Origin: Eledone cirrhosa
Taxonomy: Eukaryota
Direction of reading: 5' to 3'
Assembly: GCA_964016885.1 (NCBI GenBank)
Contig: OZ024743.1
Coordinates: 273,172,001-273,236,000, forward strand
DNA length: 64,000 nt
Shown: piece by piece, positions 1 through 14,119 of the stretch
Layout: each line of letters starts with the position of its first letter
Position numbering within the stretch: position 1 is the first letter of the stretch
Notes under the pieces: generated by a model
Databases searched by the model: none
Told to the model about the DNA's origin: nothing
What the model saw: only the letters and a program-made list of their open reading frames with translations
Position numbers and translations under genes: made by a program

Positions 1-2514
1 TTTTCTCTAATGCCATAAGCTGGTGTGGCTTAGTGGGGGATTTGACTGCTATTTCTAGCAGGTCAGCTAAATACATAGGAGCTTCATCCACTACTAAGGA
101 TTCATTTATAAAAATAAAATTCAATGGTGTAATTTTGATTACACAATCTTCGTATGTGTAACACTGGCACTAAAATACTAAATATGCTACAAACACGATA
201 AAATATTTGTGAATTCCAGAGATTTACTCCAAATAATATGCATCATTTATGCTTCAATACTACGGCACTAATGAAGAAAGTCGGTAGTTCAGGTTAATTG
301 CCGTTCATGATTTCTTCTGCGTTGAAATTCTGCTATAGTCATCTTTATTTTTCATTATTTCCCGGTCGTTACGTACAACTAGAGCGCCCCAGGAGATATG
401 TTGTGTTCTGAATTCAAATTGTTTTCATCTCGGCCAGAGTAGTAAGTCTGGTGCAAACCCAACAAAGTGGCTGAGACTTCATTTAGCATTCGATTGAAAA
501 CATTTGGATAGCAAGATGTGCTCTAATATGGTATGTTGCAATGGAATTCGAATACAATTAATTGTACTGTTGTTAGACATCCTTCAAGTGTTGAAACTAA
601 TGGGAAATAAACAGTTAATGAGAAAATATAGACGCTCGTTTAAATCAACTTTATTACTGTAATTTGTTTGGAACACTATATATACTGATACCTGGTGGGT
701 TTTCAGTGTCGTTAGGGCATCGGATTGAATCCTTTGAGTTATTTGTGCTAGATAGTTGCCCTCTCAGACACATTATGCCAGTCTGAATTTAGCTTTCCGG
801 CACCCCTAGCTCAATAAAGTACCAGTCCAGTACCGCTGTCGATACAATTTCTATCGTCTACCTTTTTTGGTCTATTTCATACTATCTCACTTTCTCTCTG
901 GAAGAAAACCGACTTGTTCATACATGACATGTGAGGAACTCCGCCTGATGCAACTGTCTCTGGCACGCTGTATTTCATGACGGTGTTCCTACGACTTCAT
1001 CTGGAGTGACTGGATCAACGAATGACACGCATAACACCATCTGCGCGTGTACATTAAATATGTTTCAGGTTATATCGGGAAAAAAACTTAAATATTACAG
1101 TATTTTTTTTCTAATTTGCATCGTCTAAAGTTAGATGAAAGAAGACATCTATTTAACAAACAATATAAAAAAGTAGCTAATAATCAAATATTATACTTGC
1201 ATTAATTTCAATTTGTATCTATTTTGTGCCAGATACAATTTATGTTTTATATAGTCCATCCGATGTACTTTTCCTCGCTTATATTGAAGTAATAGTTTGC
1301 AAATGACAGTGATTTAAATGTTTATACATGAAATAGTGATATATTAAATGCCGGGAGTTTTCAAATCATCAGAGCAGCCAAGAGAGTGTGTTGTGGTATT
1401 TGTTGTAGAACTCTATACCCACCAGAGTCAAATATACTTTTCAGCTTTTTTAGTATCGATAAATGAAATACCAGTTCAGCCCGGAAATTGGTTCTTTTTT
1501 TTAAGTGCTTACATTTGTTCCGGGTCTCACAGTAATACACTCGACCAGACAAGTGCCAGGTTGAATAGACACTTGTGGTTTCCTAGGTCAATATCAGTGC
1601 CGTAGACAGACTCGCATGCTGGTCTTCCAAAAAATGTTTTTGTCCTGGGCTGAGACCTGGATAACGTTCTAGGTACAGATTAAGTCTAATAATACATACT
1701 TAGGCCCTTGATTGAGCAAATTGTTTACAATTTGTAACTATCGAAGGGAAGAAGACCTCGGTAATAGATGGACTAATGCAGGGTATGTAATATTGCACAT
1801 TTATTAGATAGGCGAAACAAAGCTGTTCTAGTTCAGAGCAGAATGTACCTTACACATATTTCACAAAGTGTTTTCTTTCAACCCCCAAACCTTACCTTTT
1901 ATGTAAAGACCTGAGTCCATTCAATCATAAGTTAACTTTCATCCAATACTCGTCTTTGGATTGTTTCTTTAGAAATGTCACATATCTCCAAAGTCTTCAC
2001 TTCACAGAGACATACATTGGAATCACAGACTCCCTTCTGTGAAGAGAGAAAATACTCAGTTTTTGCTGGATTGGCAGAACCGGAAGAACTACACATAAAA
2101 TGCCAGTTGGTGACTAGTTACACACTGGCATACACACACACACCATATATATACATAAATCTATACGCGCACACACACACATGCACATACATACATACAT
2201 ACATACATGATGGCTGCCCCCTCGTTATCGAGTAAGGCCATTGCACGATATACCATTATTAATAATTATTAATTAATTCTCTCGTGCAATGCCTGTGCGT
2301 GAAGATATCTTTTAAAGTGAGGAAAGACTGTGCACTGAGCAATCCCACTCTATGAGCGACAGTAGCTATAAGCTGAAAAGAAGAAAAGATCAACATCACC
2401 GGTAACTACTAATTTATTTCGTCAATGTAGTGTCATTTGCTTTATTATTTCTGTTTACGTTTTACACACACACATACACATATTTAAATATGTGTATGTT
2501 ATTTCTGCACACAT

Positions 2515-2569
<55 letters not shown>

Positions 2570-2608
2570 ATCCCCCCCGGCACACACACACTCATATATA
2601 TATGTATA

Positions 2609-2672
<64 letters not shown>

Positions 2673-3235
2673 GTGGTGGACTGGCCTAACACCTGGCCAT
2701 AGGCATTGTTAGCTTAAGTGAACCTTAAAAATCAGGAGTGTCACCCCAGAGTGAACATGTCTATAGAATTCTTTCTGCCTTTGTTACTCTAAATATAGTT
2801 TTCAAAGAATTCCCTTTTCTTTAAACCCATCACTCAATGACATCCACCCATCCCAATCAACACCCTCTCCTACCACCAGAAAAGATATCAATATCACCAT
2901 ATTACTTGGACAGTCGGCTTACTGGTGATTTTTCCTGAGTGAAACGGTTCTAGTCCTGTAGAAGCCTTTTCAATATTGAATATATATATATATAATGCCA
3001 ATCATTTTAAGTTTGAATCTGACATGCCAAAATATATGAATAAAGTCATATTTATGTCCGACTTGTCAATCTTCTGGTTCTTTGGTAACAAACCTATTAT
3101 TCCTATGGGTGTTTAACCGGGTCGATAAAATAAAGTACCAGTAATACACTGGGTTTTGCTGGCCTTGTGCCAAAAGCAGAAACAATTATTTTTCATATTT
3201 GATATATATTTATATATATATATAAATATATCTAA

Positions 3236-4115
3236 ATAAATGGAATAGAATGAAACGAAATTTCATTTCTCACTCTTAGTACGGCACTTACTTAAATGTA
3301 AGTATGTATGTATGTATACGTACATACATATATGTATACAGACGTACAGTAGTATGTATATATATATATATACATACATGCACACATATATATATGCACG
3401 TATCGGTTTACCGTACATTTATTATAATGCACAAAAATTATAGTTGCACAAAAAGGTGACGTGGTTGCCTAAACAATGTTCGGCGTAATTCGGGCTGTTT
3501 GTTTGTTTACAAACAAACAAACCGAGCATTATAATAAATGTTCGGTAAACCGACACGTGCATATATATATATGTGCATGTATGTATATATATATATATAT
3601 ACATACTACTGTACGTCTGTATACATATATGTATGTACGTATACATACATACATACTTACATTTAAGTAAGTGCCGTACTAAGAGTGAGAAATGAAATTT
3701 CGTTTCATTCTATTCCATTTAACGTTTTCGGTGTGCCCGGCCCACTGAACTCACTCGATATGCAAATTAGGCTGCTCAGCCGTTAATATGCATAAGGAAA
3801 GTATATACTTTTAGACGTTCAACCATCTGACAGGAATGTATACGATGCTGACGATGGCTAATAAGCTTGAAACTAGTACATCATTCCTGTGTCAGTGTTG
3901 AACAAAAAGGTGACGTGGTTGCCTAAACACTGTACGGCGTAATTCGGGCTGTTTGTTTGTTTAAAAACGAACAAACCGAGCATTATAACAAATGTGTGCA
4001 TGTGTGCATGTATGTATATATAATAAATGTATGCATGTGTGCATGTATGTATATATATATACATACTTTGTGCGTCTGTATACATATATGTATGTACGTA
4101 TACATACATACTTAT
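3236..4115 (+). mobile_element. Non-autonomous hammerhead-bearing retrozyme/PLE-like element (about 454-bp unit in partial tandem, preceded by an inverted copy)
   Basis: Direct repeat ACAAAAAGGTGACGTGGTTGCCTAAAC... at ~3448-3660 and ~3902-4113; inverted repeat ~3236-3430 vs ~3526-3721; HHR at 3830-3890; no coding capacity. Confidence 0.7.
3830..3890 (+). ncRNA. Type I hammerhead ribozyme, intact core
   Basis: GATG-CTGACGA(3848-3854)-tGGCTaataAGCTt-GAAAC-TA-GTA-CATC; stem I extends as ACAGGAAT/ATTCCTGT across a GTATAC bulge; stem III palindrome ACTAGT. Confidence 0.85.
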
Positions 4116-4401
4116 ATCTAAATATATATGAAATATATATTTATATAGTTGATATATATTAATACTTATTGAGCCCTCTTTGGATTTTAGTCTTCACATT
4201 TATTAATATTACTATCAAATTATATATATATATATATATATATGAGAAATAGGATTTCGCTTTAAGCATAGCTTTATAAAATATGTATAAATATATAGTA
4301 TCTCCAAAGAAATACGGTTTTAGGAAGCCGTAAATATGTAAACGGTGTTTGCATAGCTACGCCTTCCTAAAATCCTGTTTCTTTGGATATACGAAATATT
4401 T

Positions 4402-4465
<64 letters not shown>

Positions 4466-4910
4466 TTATATATATGTGTTTATGTGTGCGTACAGTGGAG
4501 ATCTGGCCAGTTGCCAGGTTTCCAAATGGCAGGTGGGCCCTAGGGTTCCACCACAGTAGCATTGCAGGGGCATGCATTAGCATTGCAGGTCCCACTATAG
4601 TATTTATGGGGCCAATGCTTAGCTTTTCAAAAAATACGTGAAGTCTAAGAGAAACAATAATCGTTTTAAAAAATACATAAAACAATAATTAAGCAAACTA
4701 TTTGGTCAACCACTCCCCCAGGGATTGAATAGAAACCAAAATATATGTGAGTGCAAGTAGCTGGAATCGGTGGTTGTACATTGGACTAAATCTAAAGCTT
4801 GGTGAATTCATTCATGCATGCACACATACCTATATAGACACACGCGCGCGCACACACAGAAACACACACACGCGCGCGCACGCACACACTCACACACACA
4901 CACATACACA

Positions 4911-4985
<75 letters not shown>

Positions 4986-5270
4986 GTGAGGTTTTTTTTA
5001 CAAAATGAAAAATAACCGAGGTGTCCTACACGAGTGAAAGTATAAAGAAAAAGAGATGAAATCGAAAATGCAACTGAAGTCTTATTTTTTTTTAAAATAT
5101 ATATATTTTTATTTGGTTCCTTTACCGGTTTCGCAGTTCTTCTGCTTTTCAAAAGGTGAGTTGAGATGGAGTGTCTGTTTGGCACAAGGCCAGAAATTAC
5201 TGGTACTTCATTTTATCGACCACGTAAGGATGAAAGGCAAAGTTACATAAATGTAATCTGAGATTTAATT

Positions 5271-5476
5271 ATTTCTTATATAGGCACAAGGGCAGTAATT
5301 TGGGGGAGGGGAAGTCGATTAGTCTGACCCCAGTACATTACTGGTGCTTTATTTTATCGACCCCGTATGGATGAAAGGCAAAGTTAACCTCGGCGGGATT
5401 TGAACTCAGAACGTAGAGGGCAGTAACTCTGTGCTGAAAAGCATGGCGTCCGACCGATACTGCCAATCCATCGCCC
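5271..5476 (-). mobile_element. tRNA-derived SINE (major family of this window)
   Basis: Minus strand has B-box-like GAGTTCAAATCCC and central GCCTTTCATCC...GGGGTCGATAAAATAAAG; a partial copy lies at ~5170-5250. Confidence 0.8.
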
Positions 5477-5596
5477 TATTCGATTAGTTTGCAAGTATGC
5501 AAACCGCATCTTTTAAGTCATGTCAGTTGAATGAGCCCGCATTCTCGCCCTAGTGTTGGCATGTAAAGTTGTTGGCATATATATGTATACATATAT

Positions 5597-6618
5597 ACGA
5601 TATTAAATAGATGGAAACTATATTTATAAAACCATATTTATTTGATTATACATATTTCAGGGTTACCAAATTAAAATATGGCATGCCTTCGTCAGATAAA
5701 ATACAATATATAAACAGTTTTATAAATAATTTTGACGTACCATATTAGAAGCGACCATTATTTTTGGAGGCTGTCTGTATAGTGAACTCTCTTTTTTCTT
5801 TTTTCAGAACGTACATATGCGTGTATACATATATACATATATGTATCCGTATTTTTATAAATAGGGTAATTTTTGAAGGCTTCAACTCAGATTTTGGCAT
5901 ATTGACCTCAGAGTTTTAAACTAAACATATGGTCATTATTGAACAATGTTATTTTCTCATATTATATATCTATGTCTCATTCATGAATATTGATACTTGC
6001 ATTTTTATTATTCCTTTCATACGATTTGTTAATTCAACTTAATATGACATGACGTAAAGTTGTCACTGTATCTTCTTCTCTCTATATAGTACTTCCTTTC
6101 TCTTGAGTTTCTCTATCTGTATGATGAATTATTATCTCTCTGTTGCTTTCTTTTGCCTTTCTTATTTCTTTCTCTTTCTCATCTCCTCCTATCTATTTAT
6201 ATATATCTTCCTTTTTTCTCTCTCTACTTATTTTTCTCTATACTTCTCTCTCTCCGTTTTTTCTTTCTCTCCGTTTTTTTTCTCTCCGTCTTTTTTCTAA
6301 ATCTGCTTAACACTATAACTGATAAAATAATTATAAATATCTCACTATCCAGACAGCCTCCAGAAATAATGGTCGCTTCTAATATGGTACGTCAAAATTA
6401 TTTATAAAACTGTTTATATATTGTATTTTATATGTCGAAGGCATGCCATATTTTAATTTGGTATCCCTGAAATATGTATAATAAAATAAATATGGTTTTA
6501 TAAATATAGTTTCCATTTATTTAATATCGTATATCTACTCCAAAAACTTGTCGAGTGCTTTATATCAGTTATAAAATATTTACTTGTTGTATCCCAACAA
6601 TTTTAAATAAAACTTTGC

Positions 6619-6620
<2 letters not shown>
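5597..6620 (+). mobile_element. Short PLE derivative: inverted pseudo-LTR pair around a CT-rich tail
   Basis: Inverted repeat ~5597-5785 vs ~6343-6531; same pLTR family as 44.3-44.7, 48.0-48.6 and 50.6/53.3 kb; ends AACTTTGCAT into (TA)n. Confidence 0.75.
5638..5703 (-). ncRNA. Type I hammerhead ribozyme in PLE pLTR
   Basis: Minus strand: TATTTTAT-CTGACGA-AGG...CCT-GAAA-TATGTA-TA-ATCAAATA. The partner copy at 6424-6488 (+) has a mutated core, ATGTCGA. Confidence 0.75.
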
Positions 6621-6692
<72 letters not shown>

Positions 6693-6721
6693 ATATATAC
6701 TTATATATATATATATATATA

Positions 6722-6758
<37 letters not shown>

Positions 6759-6787
6759 TACACATATACACGAACTGTTGATCAAAT

Positions 6788-6958
6788 AATTGTTTCTACT
6801 TTTAGCACAGTACATTACTGGTACTTAAATTTGATCGACCCCGTAAGGATGAAAGGCAAAGTTGACCTCGGTGGCATTTGAACTCAGAATGGAAAGGTCC
6901 GTAACTCTATGCGTCAATGCATGACGTCCGACCATCTACCGATACTGCCAATCCACCG
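6788..6958 (-). mobile_element. tRNA-derived SINE
   Basis: ATCGACCCCGTAAGGATGAAAGGCAAAGTTGACCTCGGTGGCATTTGAACTCAG...CCAATCCACCG. Confidence 0.8.
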
Positions 6959-7032
6959 AATTGTTCATCAAATAATCTTTGGTACCAATGGGTTAAAGAC
7001 ATCTGTCAAATCAATTAGTAGTGAAGGTGGTG

Positions 7033-7956
<924 letters not shown>

Positions 7957-7967
7957 TATTTATATAT

Positions 7968-8251
7968 ACATATAACTGAACCAAAAGGAAGAAACAAACA
8001 CATATATATATATATATATATATATGTGTTCAAATCGAAATGGACCAAAATCGCTAAGGTGAAAAAAAATAAAAATACTAACTACAGACAATAGGGTTTG
8101 CTGGACTCAATTTAAGAACAAATTAAGAAAAATAGATACAAAGCAATTTTTTTTTTTTTTTTTTGTCACCTTAGCGATTTTGGACCATTACGATTTGAAC
8201 ACGTATATATATATGCCTGTGTTCGTTTTTTCCTTTTTGTTCAATTATATA
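7968..8251. repeat. Short inverted repeat (fold-back)
   Basis: GTGTTCAAATCG...CCAAAATCGCTAAGGTGA (~8025-8062) vs TCACCTTAGCGATTTTGG...CGATTTGAACAC (~8166-8202); arms extend outward imperfectly. Confidence 0.65.
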
Positions 8252-8318
8252 CTGCTCTGAAAAACCTAGAGCTAATTTACTGTAATGAGACTATTTTGAG
8301 TTTCTAACTCAATACAAG

Positions 8319-8408
<90 letters not shown>

Positions 8409-9469
8409 AACGATCGACTTTCGTCAAATCGGACCGAGGGAACAATGTTTCCGTTGGTCTTTCCAATTGCTGATACTATCTATCGGTCGCAACTCCAGGT
8501 AGTTCATCAGAGCGTACGAGAATGGGGGGAATACACAGGCATGGCTTCTATATATAGTAGTGGCATTAAATCAGAACAATAATAACACTACTAACAATAC
8601 TAGCAATACTACAATAAATCAGCTAGACCGTAAATATAAAAAACAATCTCAACATCAATCTAAGTAAAACATAGAGTATACTGATGGCGTTAGCATGTAA
8701 AACGAGCTGATACGAAGCAGATGTATGAAATTGACATGTAAAAGCTGTCATGGGGTATATTATATATAGTGTAGAGATAACCTGGGGCTTGAAACGATGG
8801 ACCATTTACTTTACTGTAGGTTTGCTGACCGTAAGAATTATTTATTATCTGACAGATAAAATATTTCCTTTGAAGTGACGATGACATATATTATGTGGTG
8901 TAAAGCGGATTCATTATTTAAATGGTCTATATTAGATGAAGGGATTGTTAGTTAGAATCATGGGGTTGTTTAGCTTTTAAAGCATCAATAACACATCATG
9001 CATGGATAATAATAATAGAAGCAATAATAATAATAGTAGCAATATAGTAAGTAAGTTAATACAGAGGTTAAGAAGCATGGTATATATAGAGAGAACATAA
9101 TGACTACAATTACGGATACATTGGGGTGGTAATTATAACAACAGGGGGAAGGTGATATTTCAAGGACTGTGGTAGTAGTCAAATAATGTACTTGGAATTA
9201 GGTTCATCTGTTGAGAATCAAGAGTGATGAAGTTGTGTTGACAGCAGCCGAGAAGAGATATATTTATGGGTTGATAAGATATTTGCAGACATTACTGTGG
9301 TATAGAATAACGGAGACTAGAAGCTATTTAAAGAATATTATTGTTCTGTGGTGGTCTGTGTGAGAGTGCGGATTTCATATGTTGAACGTTAAATTATGTT
9401 GGTTCGAAAACGGTGGTTTAAATCTTCTGAATTTAGTAGCGATCGTGTGTCTGCAGAAAATTGACCTTT

Positions 9470-9921
9470 CTATCTTGTTGTTGAGTAGTATTTTATCGTT
9501 CCTAAGGATAGTAATTCAAGGTCGCAGAGCCTACAATAGGACATACCGGTACTATATGCCCTTGCGGCCGACAACTCCGACCAGTTGATATTGTAGTCGA
9601 TGTTTTTGTCCTTAAGTTCCCAGAATTTTTTGGCGAGGGTTGTAGAACCTATTAGTGCACGGTTCTTCATCGAATGTCTGTGCACATACCATCTTTTTTT
9701 AAAAGTACCCGCGGTGTATCCAATGTAATTCCAAGTGAAGATGCCCGAGTTCCCCATACACATTTACACTAGGCTCGAATCAAGGCACCTGATCGCCAAT
9801 GGGCATCTTCCTGGTAGGTGACATTTGCAGTTTGAGGTGTTATTCCGTGCAACTTCCACGCTGCTGGTTTGTACACTGCTATACGTGGGTTGTGATTCGT
9901 GCACGCTGAGGTTTTGCTGCA
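9470..9921 (-). pseudogene. GIY-YIG endonuclease segment in the inverted arm of the PLE
   Basis: ORF 9470-9763: YIGYTAGTFKKRWYVHRHS...YCRLCDLE; upstream CKCHLPGRCPLAIRCLDSSLV. Confidence 0.85.
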
Positions 9922-9929
9922 GGACTCTA

Positions 9930-12250
9930 CACCTGGCCTGATACAACGGACTAATGATTTCATCCGTAGGGTCCGATGGAATGCTTACCACTTCGATAAA
10001 GGACCAGCTATTAACACAAGAGAACTTTCTAAGGAGAATTACGGATTCAAATCCTGCAAAAAACCCCCAAACAACCCCACGCTCGAAGCCTTCGAGCTGG
10101 ATCTTATGAATATAATAAGTGGAACTAAATTCAAAAAAAGAACACACCACAGCAAATTACAAAATGACATTAATACACTACTAAGAAAACTAAAAAACAC
10201 CAACGGTATCATAGTAAAGGCAGACAAAACATGAAACGTATATTCTATGGACCTTAACACATACAATAATTTCATCCAGCGTGAATTACACAAAAAATAC
10301 AAAAAAAAAACAAATGAATCCACACTCACCACCATTAACAAGGAGGGCCTTAGGATAGTAAATAAACTCAGAATATCCGATAGAACCGAGCCTCTAACAC
10401 CATGCAACCCCACATTTAACCTTAAGGATCACAAAAATAATTTTGAAGTAAATCCTACTATCAGATTAATAGGTAGAATTAGCAAGAATATTCTAGATAG
10501 GGTAATCGCACAAATAAGGGGAAAACTAGAAATCAATTTATGGGGTAACACTAACGAAGCGATTGAATGGTTCAGTAGAATATGAAATAGAGAAGCATGC
10601 GACTTCATACAATTCATTATAAACGATTACTACGCGTCCATATCCCCAGCCACCCTAGATAAAGCGCTTATATTTGCCCAAAATAACTCTGATCTTACCC
10701 CTGATGAAATTGAAATAATACTAGCCGCGAGAAGGACTATCATAAAATTTGAAAATAACTATTGGGTAAGAAAAGATAGGATAAACAGCTTCGATATCAC
10801 CATGGGATCGAACGATTCAGCGCAAATCACTGACGTCGTGGGGTTATTTATAGCTCACAACTTACATAAAGAATTCAGTAACCTCCAAGGAGGGATTTAT
10901 AGAGATGACACGCTCCTTATAGCTAGGAACTTAAACAACCAGAGCATAGAAAGATTAAGAAAAAAACATTAGAACATTCTTAAAAAAAACTAGGTATTAC
11001 CTACGAACTGAATCATAAAAAGGCAAACTTTCTAGATATAACCCTAAATCTAAATACGGGATTAATAGAACACTTCCACAAAAATAATGGAATCTGGCAT
11101 ACATTAGTTATAATTCAAACCACCCCCGATCCATAATCAGATCCATAGCACGTAGTATATCCCTTAGAATATCCCGATTATCCTCAAACCTAGAAATGTT
11201 TAATGAGCATGCTAACTATTATAACGCGGCATTACATAGGGCCGGACACAAAGAAAAGCTGCAATTTATAACGAATAAGGACAACTCAAACAAACCCACT
11301 AACACCTACACCAACCGCTCACACAAAAATAGAGGTAACAGGACTAGACATAGAGGTAGGCAAATAGCACCTAGAGTAGGTGGTCCAAACACGAATAATG
11401 TAAATCATAGAAACTATAGAAGAATTAGAGAAACGAAATAATTGTGATTTAATCCAATCTTCAACTCTTCTGTAAAAACCAGACTGCCATCTACGTTTTT
11501 TAAACTAATAGATAAACACTTCCCTATATCACATAGATATCATAAAATCCTCAATAGAAAAACTATAAAACTCTCATACTCTACGGCTGCAAATATAGAA
11601 TCCCACATACGCAAGATCAACCACAGAAATACCTATAGGGAGACCGCCCCGCATATGTACAACATAACACCAAATTCTAAACATAAACCATCACAGTATC
11701 ACAACCGCAAACGCATGCAAACGCGCTGGAACAAAACCTCAACGGGCACGAATCACAACCCACTTATAGCAGTGTACGAAACAGCAGTGTGAAAGTTGCA
11801 CGGAATAACACCTCAAACTGCAATTGTCACCTACCAGATAGGTTCCCATTGGCGAACAGGTGCCTTGATTCTAGCCTAGTGTACATGTGTACGGTGAACT
11901 CGGGAAACCACTTGGCATTACATTGGATCCACCGCGGGTACTTTTAAAAAAAGATGGTATGTGCACAGACATTCGATGAAGAACCGTGCACTAATAGGTT
12001 CTACAACCCTCGCCAAAAAATCTGGGAACTTAAGGACAAAAACATCGACTACAATATCAACTGGTCGAGGTTGTTCGCCGCAAGGGCATATAGTACCGGT
12101 ATGTCCTATTGTAGGCTCTGCGAACTAGTATTACTATATATCCTTAGGAACGATAAAAGGCTACTCAACAACAAGATAGAAAGGTCAATTTTCTGCAGAC
12201 ACAGAATCGCAACTAAATTCACAAGATTTAAACCACCGTTTTCGAACTAA
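9930..12250 (+). pseudogene. Decayed PLE RT-GIY-YIG ORF (stops and frameshifts)
   Basis: FIRRVRWNAYHF, IVKADKT, LKDHK, FDITMGSNDSAQITDVVG, GGIYRDD, SNHP, CNC..PL..CL..LVY, YIG..FKKRWY.H, CRLC, LNNKIERSIFCRHR. Confidence 0.9.
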
Positions 12251-12617
12251 CATAATTTAGCGTTCAACATATGAATTCCGCACTCTCACACAGACCACCA
12301 CAGAACTATAATATTCTTTAAGCAGCATCTAGCCTCCTTAATTCTATACCACAGTAATGTCTGCAAATATCTTATCAACCCATACATATATCTCTTCTCG
12401 GCTGCTGTCAACACAACTTCATCACTCTTGATTCTCAACAGATGAACCTAATTCCAAGTACATTATTTGACTACTACCACAGTCCTTGAAATATCACCTT
12501 CCCCCTGTTTTTATAATGACCACCCCAATGTATCCGTAATTGTAGTCATTATGTTATCTCTATATATACCTTGCATCTTAACCTCTGTATTAACTTACTT
12601 ACTATATTGCTACTATT

Positions 12618-12798
12618 GGATTGGCAGTATCGGTAGAGGGTCGGACGCCATGCTTTCCAGCATAGTTACGTCCCTTTATGATCTGAGTTCAAATCCCGCC
12701 GAGGTTGACTTTGCCTTTCATCCTTACAGGGTCGATAAAATAAAGTACCAGTAATGCACTGGATAATTGCTGGCCTTGTGCCTAAAGTCGAAACAATT
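12618..12798 (+). mobile_element. tRNA-derived SINE inserted in the PLE 3' tail
   Basis: GGATTGGCAGTATCGGTAGAGGGTCGGACGCC...GAGTTCAAATCCCGCCGAGG; absent from the inverted twin at ~9020-9040. Confidence 0.85.
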
Positions 12799-13308
12799 AT
12801 TATTATTGCTGCTATTATTATTATCCATGCATGATGTGTTATTGATGCTGTGAAAGCTAAACAACCCCATGATTCGAACTAACAATCCCTTCAATATAGA
12901 CCACTTAAATAATGAATCCGCTTTACACCACACAATAAATGCCATCGTCACTACAATGAAAATATTTTATCTGTCATATAATAAATAATTCTTACGGTCA
13001 GGAAACCTACAGTAAAGTAAATGGTCCACTGTTTCAAGCCCCAGGTTATCTCTACACTATATACAATACACCCCATGACAGCTGTTACATGTCAATTTCA
13101 TACATCTGCTTCGTATCAGCTCGTTTTACATGCTAAAGGTATCAGTATACTCTATGTCTTACTTAGATTGATGTTGTAATTATTTTAAATATTTACGGTC
13201 TAGCCGATTTATTGTAGTATTGCTAGTATTGTTAGTATTGTTATTATTGTTCTGATTTATTGCCACTACTATATATAGAAGCCATGCTTGTGTACTCCCT
13301 CCATTCTC

Positions 13309-13424
13309 GCACGCTCTGATGAACTGACTGGTTATAACAAAGTATTGGTGATCGATTGACGCAAAAACAGGCGAGTAGCGATCTCTAGACCTACCAGTTC
13401 AGAGAAACAATTGTCAGCAATGTG
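13309..13424 (+). ncRNA. Type I hammerhead ribozyme with long stem II
   Basis: GCT-CTGATGA(13316-13322)-a-CTGACTGG...CCAGTTCAG-a-GAAAC-AATT-GTC-AGC; stem III palindrome ACAATTGT. Confidence 0.75.
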
Positions 13425-13643
13425 AACAAAGCCCTTAGTGTATAGCAAACCATGTCACTCTTCTTTCTTGATTTATTATTACTCCAAGTATAAACTACAT
13501 AGAAATCACAGCGTACTCGCAGCATCACTATGGAAACGTCTTGTTGAGTCAAACTTAGCCCAGCGTTAATACTATCCACTACTCGGAGTACCCTAACTGG
13601 ACTACATCTAAGTGGACTACCTATAACAATAATTTGTTATCCC

Positions 13644-13688
<45 letters not shown>

Positions 13689-13888
13689 AATATATATACA
13701 TATACACACATACATATACATATATATTTTTTTTTCGCAAAAATTTGATTGCACTGTTTTGTCTCCACTTATGTATTTTTTTTTAAATGTTATTTATTCA
13801 TTATAAAAATTAAATGATAACATTCTCTATGTAGGTTAGCCCACTTCATCTCCAGGCCACCAACATTTTTAGACCCAGCCCGCCACTG

Positions 13889-13933
<45 letters not shown>

Positions 13934-13961
13934 AGGTGTATGTATGTGTGTACGTACGTAT

Positions 13962-14035
<74 letters not shown>

Positions 14036-14119
14036 GTAAACAGAAATGACAACACAAATGACACAGTACATTGAAGAAATATATTAATTTATATGTATGT
14101 ATAATATTTATGTATGTAT

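Larger units (their letters stand above)
8501..13645 (+). mobile_element. Penelope-like retroelement (Naiad-like) with a 1.4-kb inverted 3' copy upstream
   Basis: 8501-9921 is the reverse complement of ~11727-13325; decayed RT and GIY-YIG ORF between; HHR in the 3' pLTR; (TA)n near both ends. Confidence 0.9.

Noticed and set aside
2865-2965. Degenerate HHR (ATCACCA/TGGTGAT stem, GAAAC..GTC), related to ~21905-21960
   Set aside because: The first core box is not readable, so it was not counted.
9930-12250. In-frame TGA codons as selenocysteine recoding (reported for some Naiad PLEs)
   Set aside because: The TGAs (~10232, ~10583, ~11445; also ~50976) are not at conserved Cys positions and fit CGA/TGG decay; the conserved Cys codons I could read are TGY.
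12618-12710. tRNA gene in SINE heads
   Set aside because: A/B-box-like motifs are present, but I found no full cloverleaf and the head is always joined to the SINE body.
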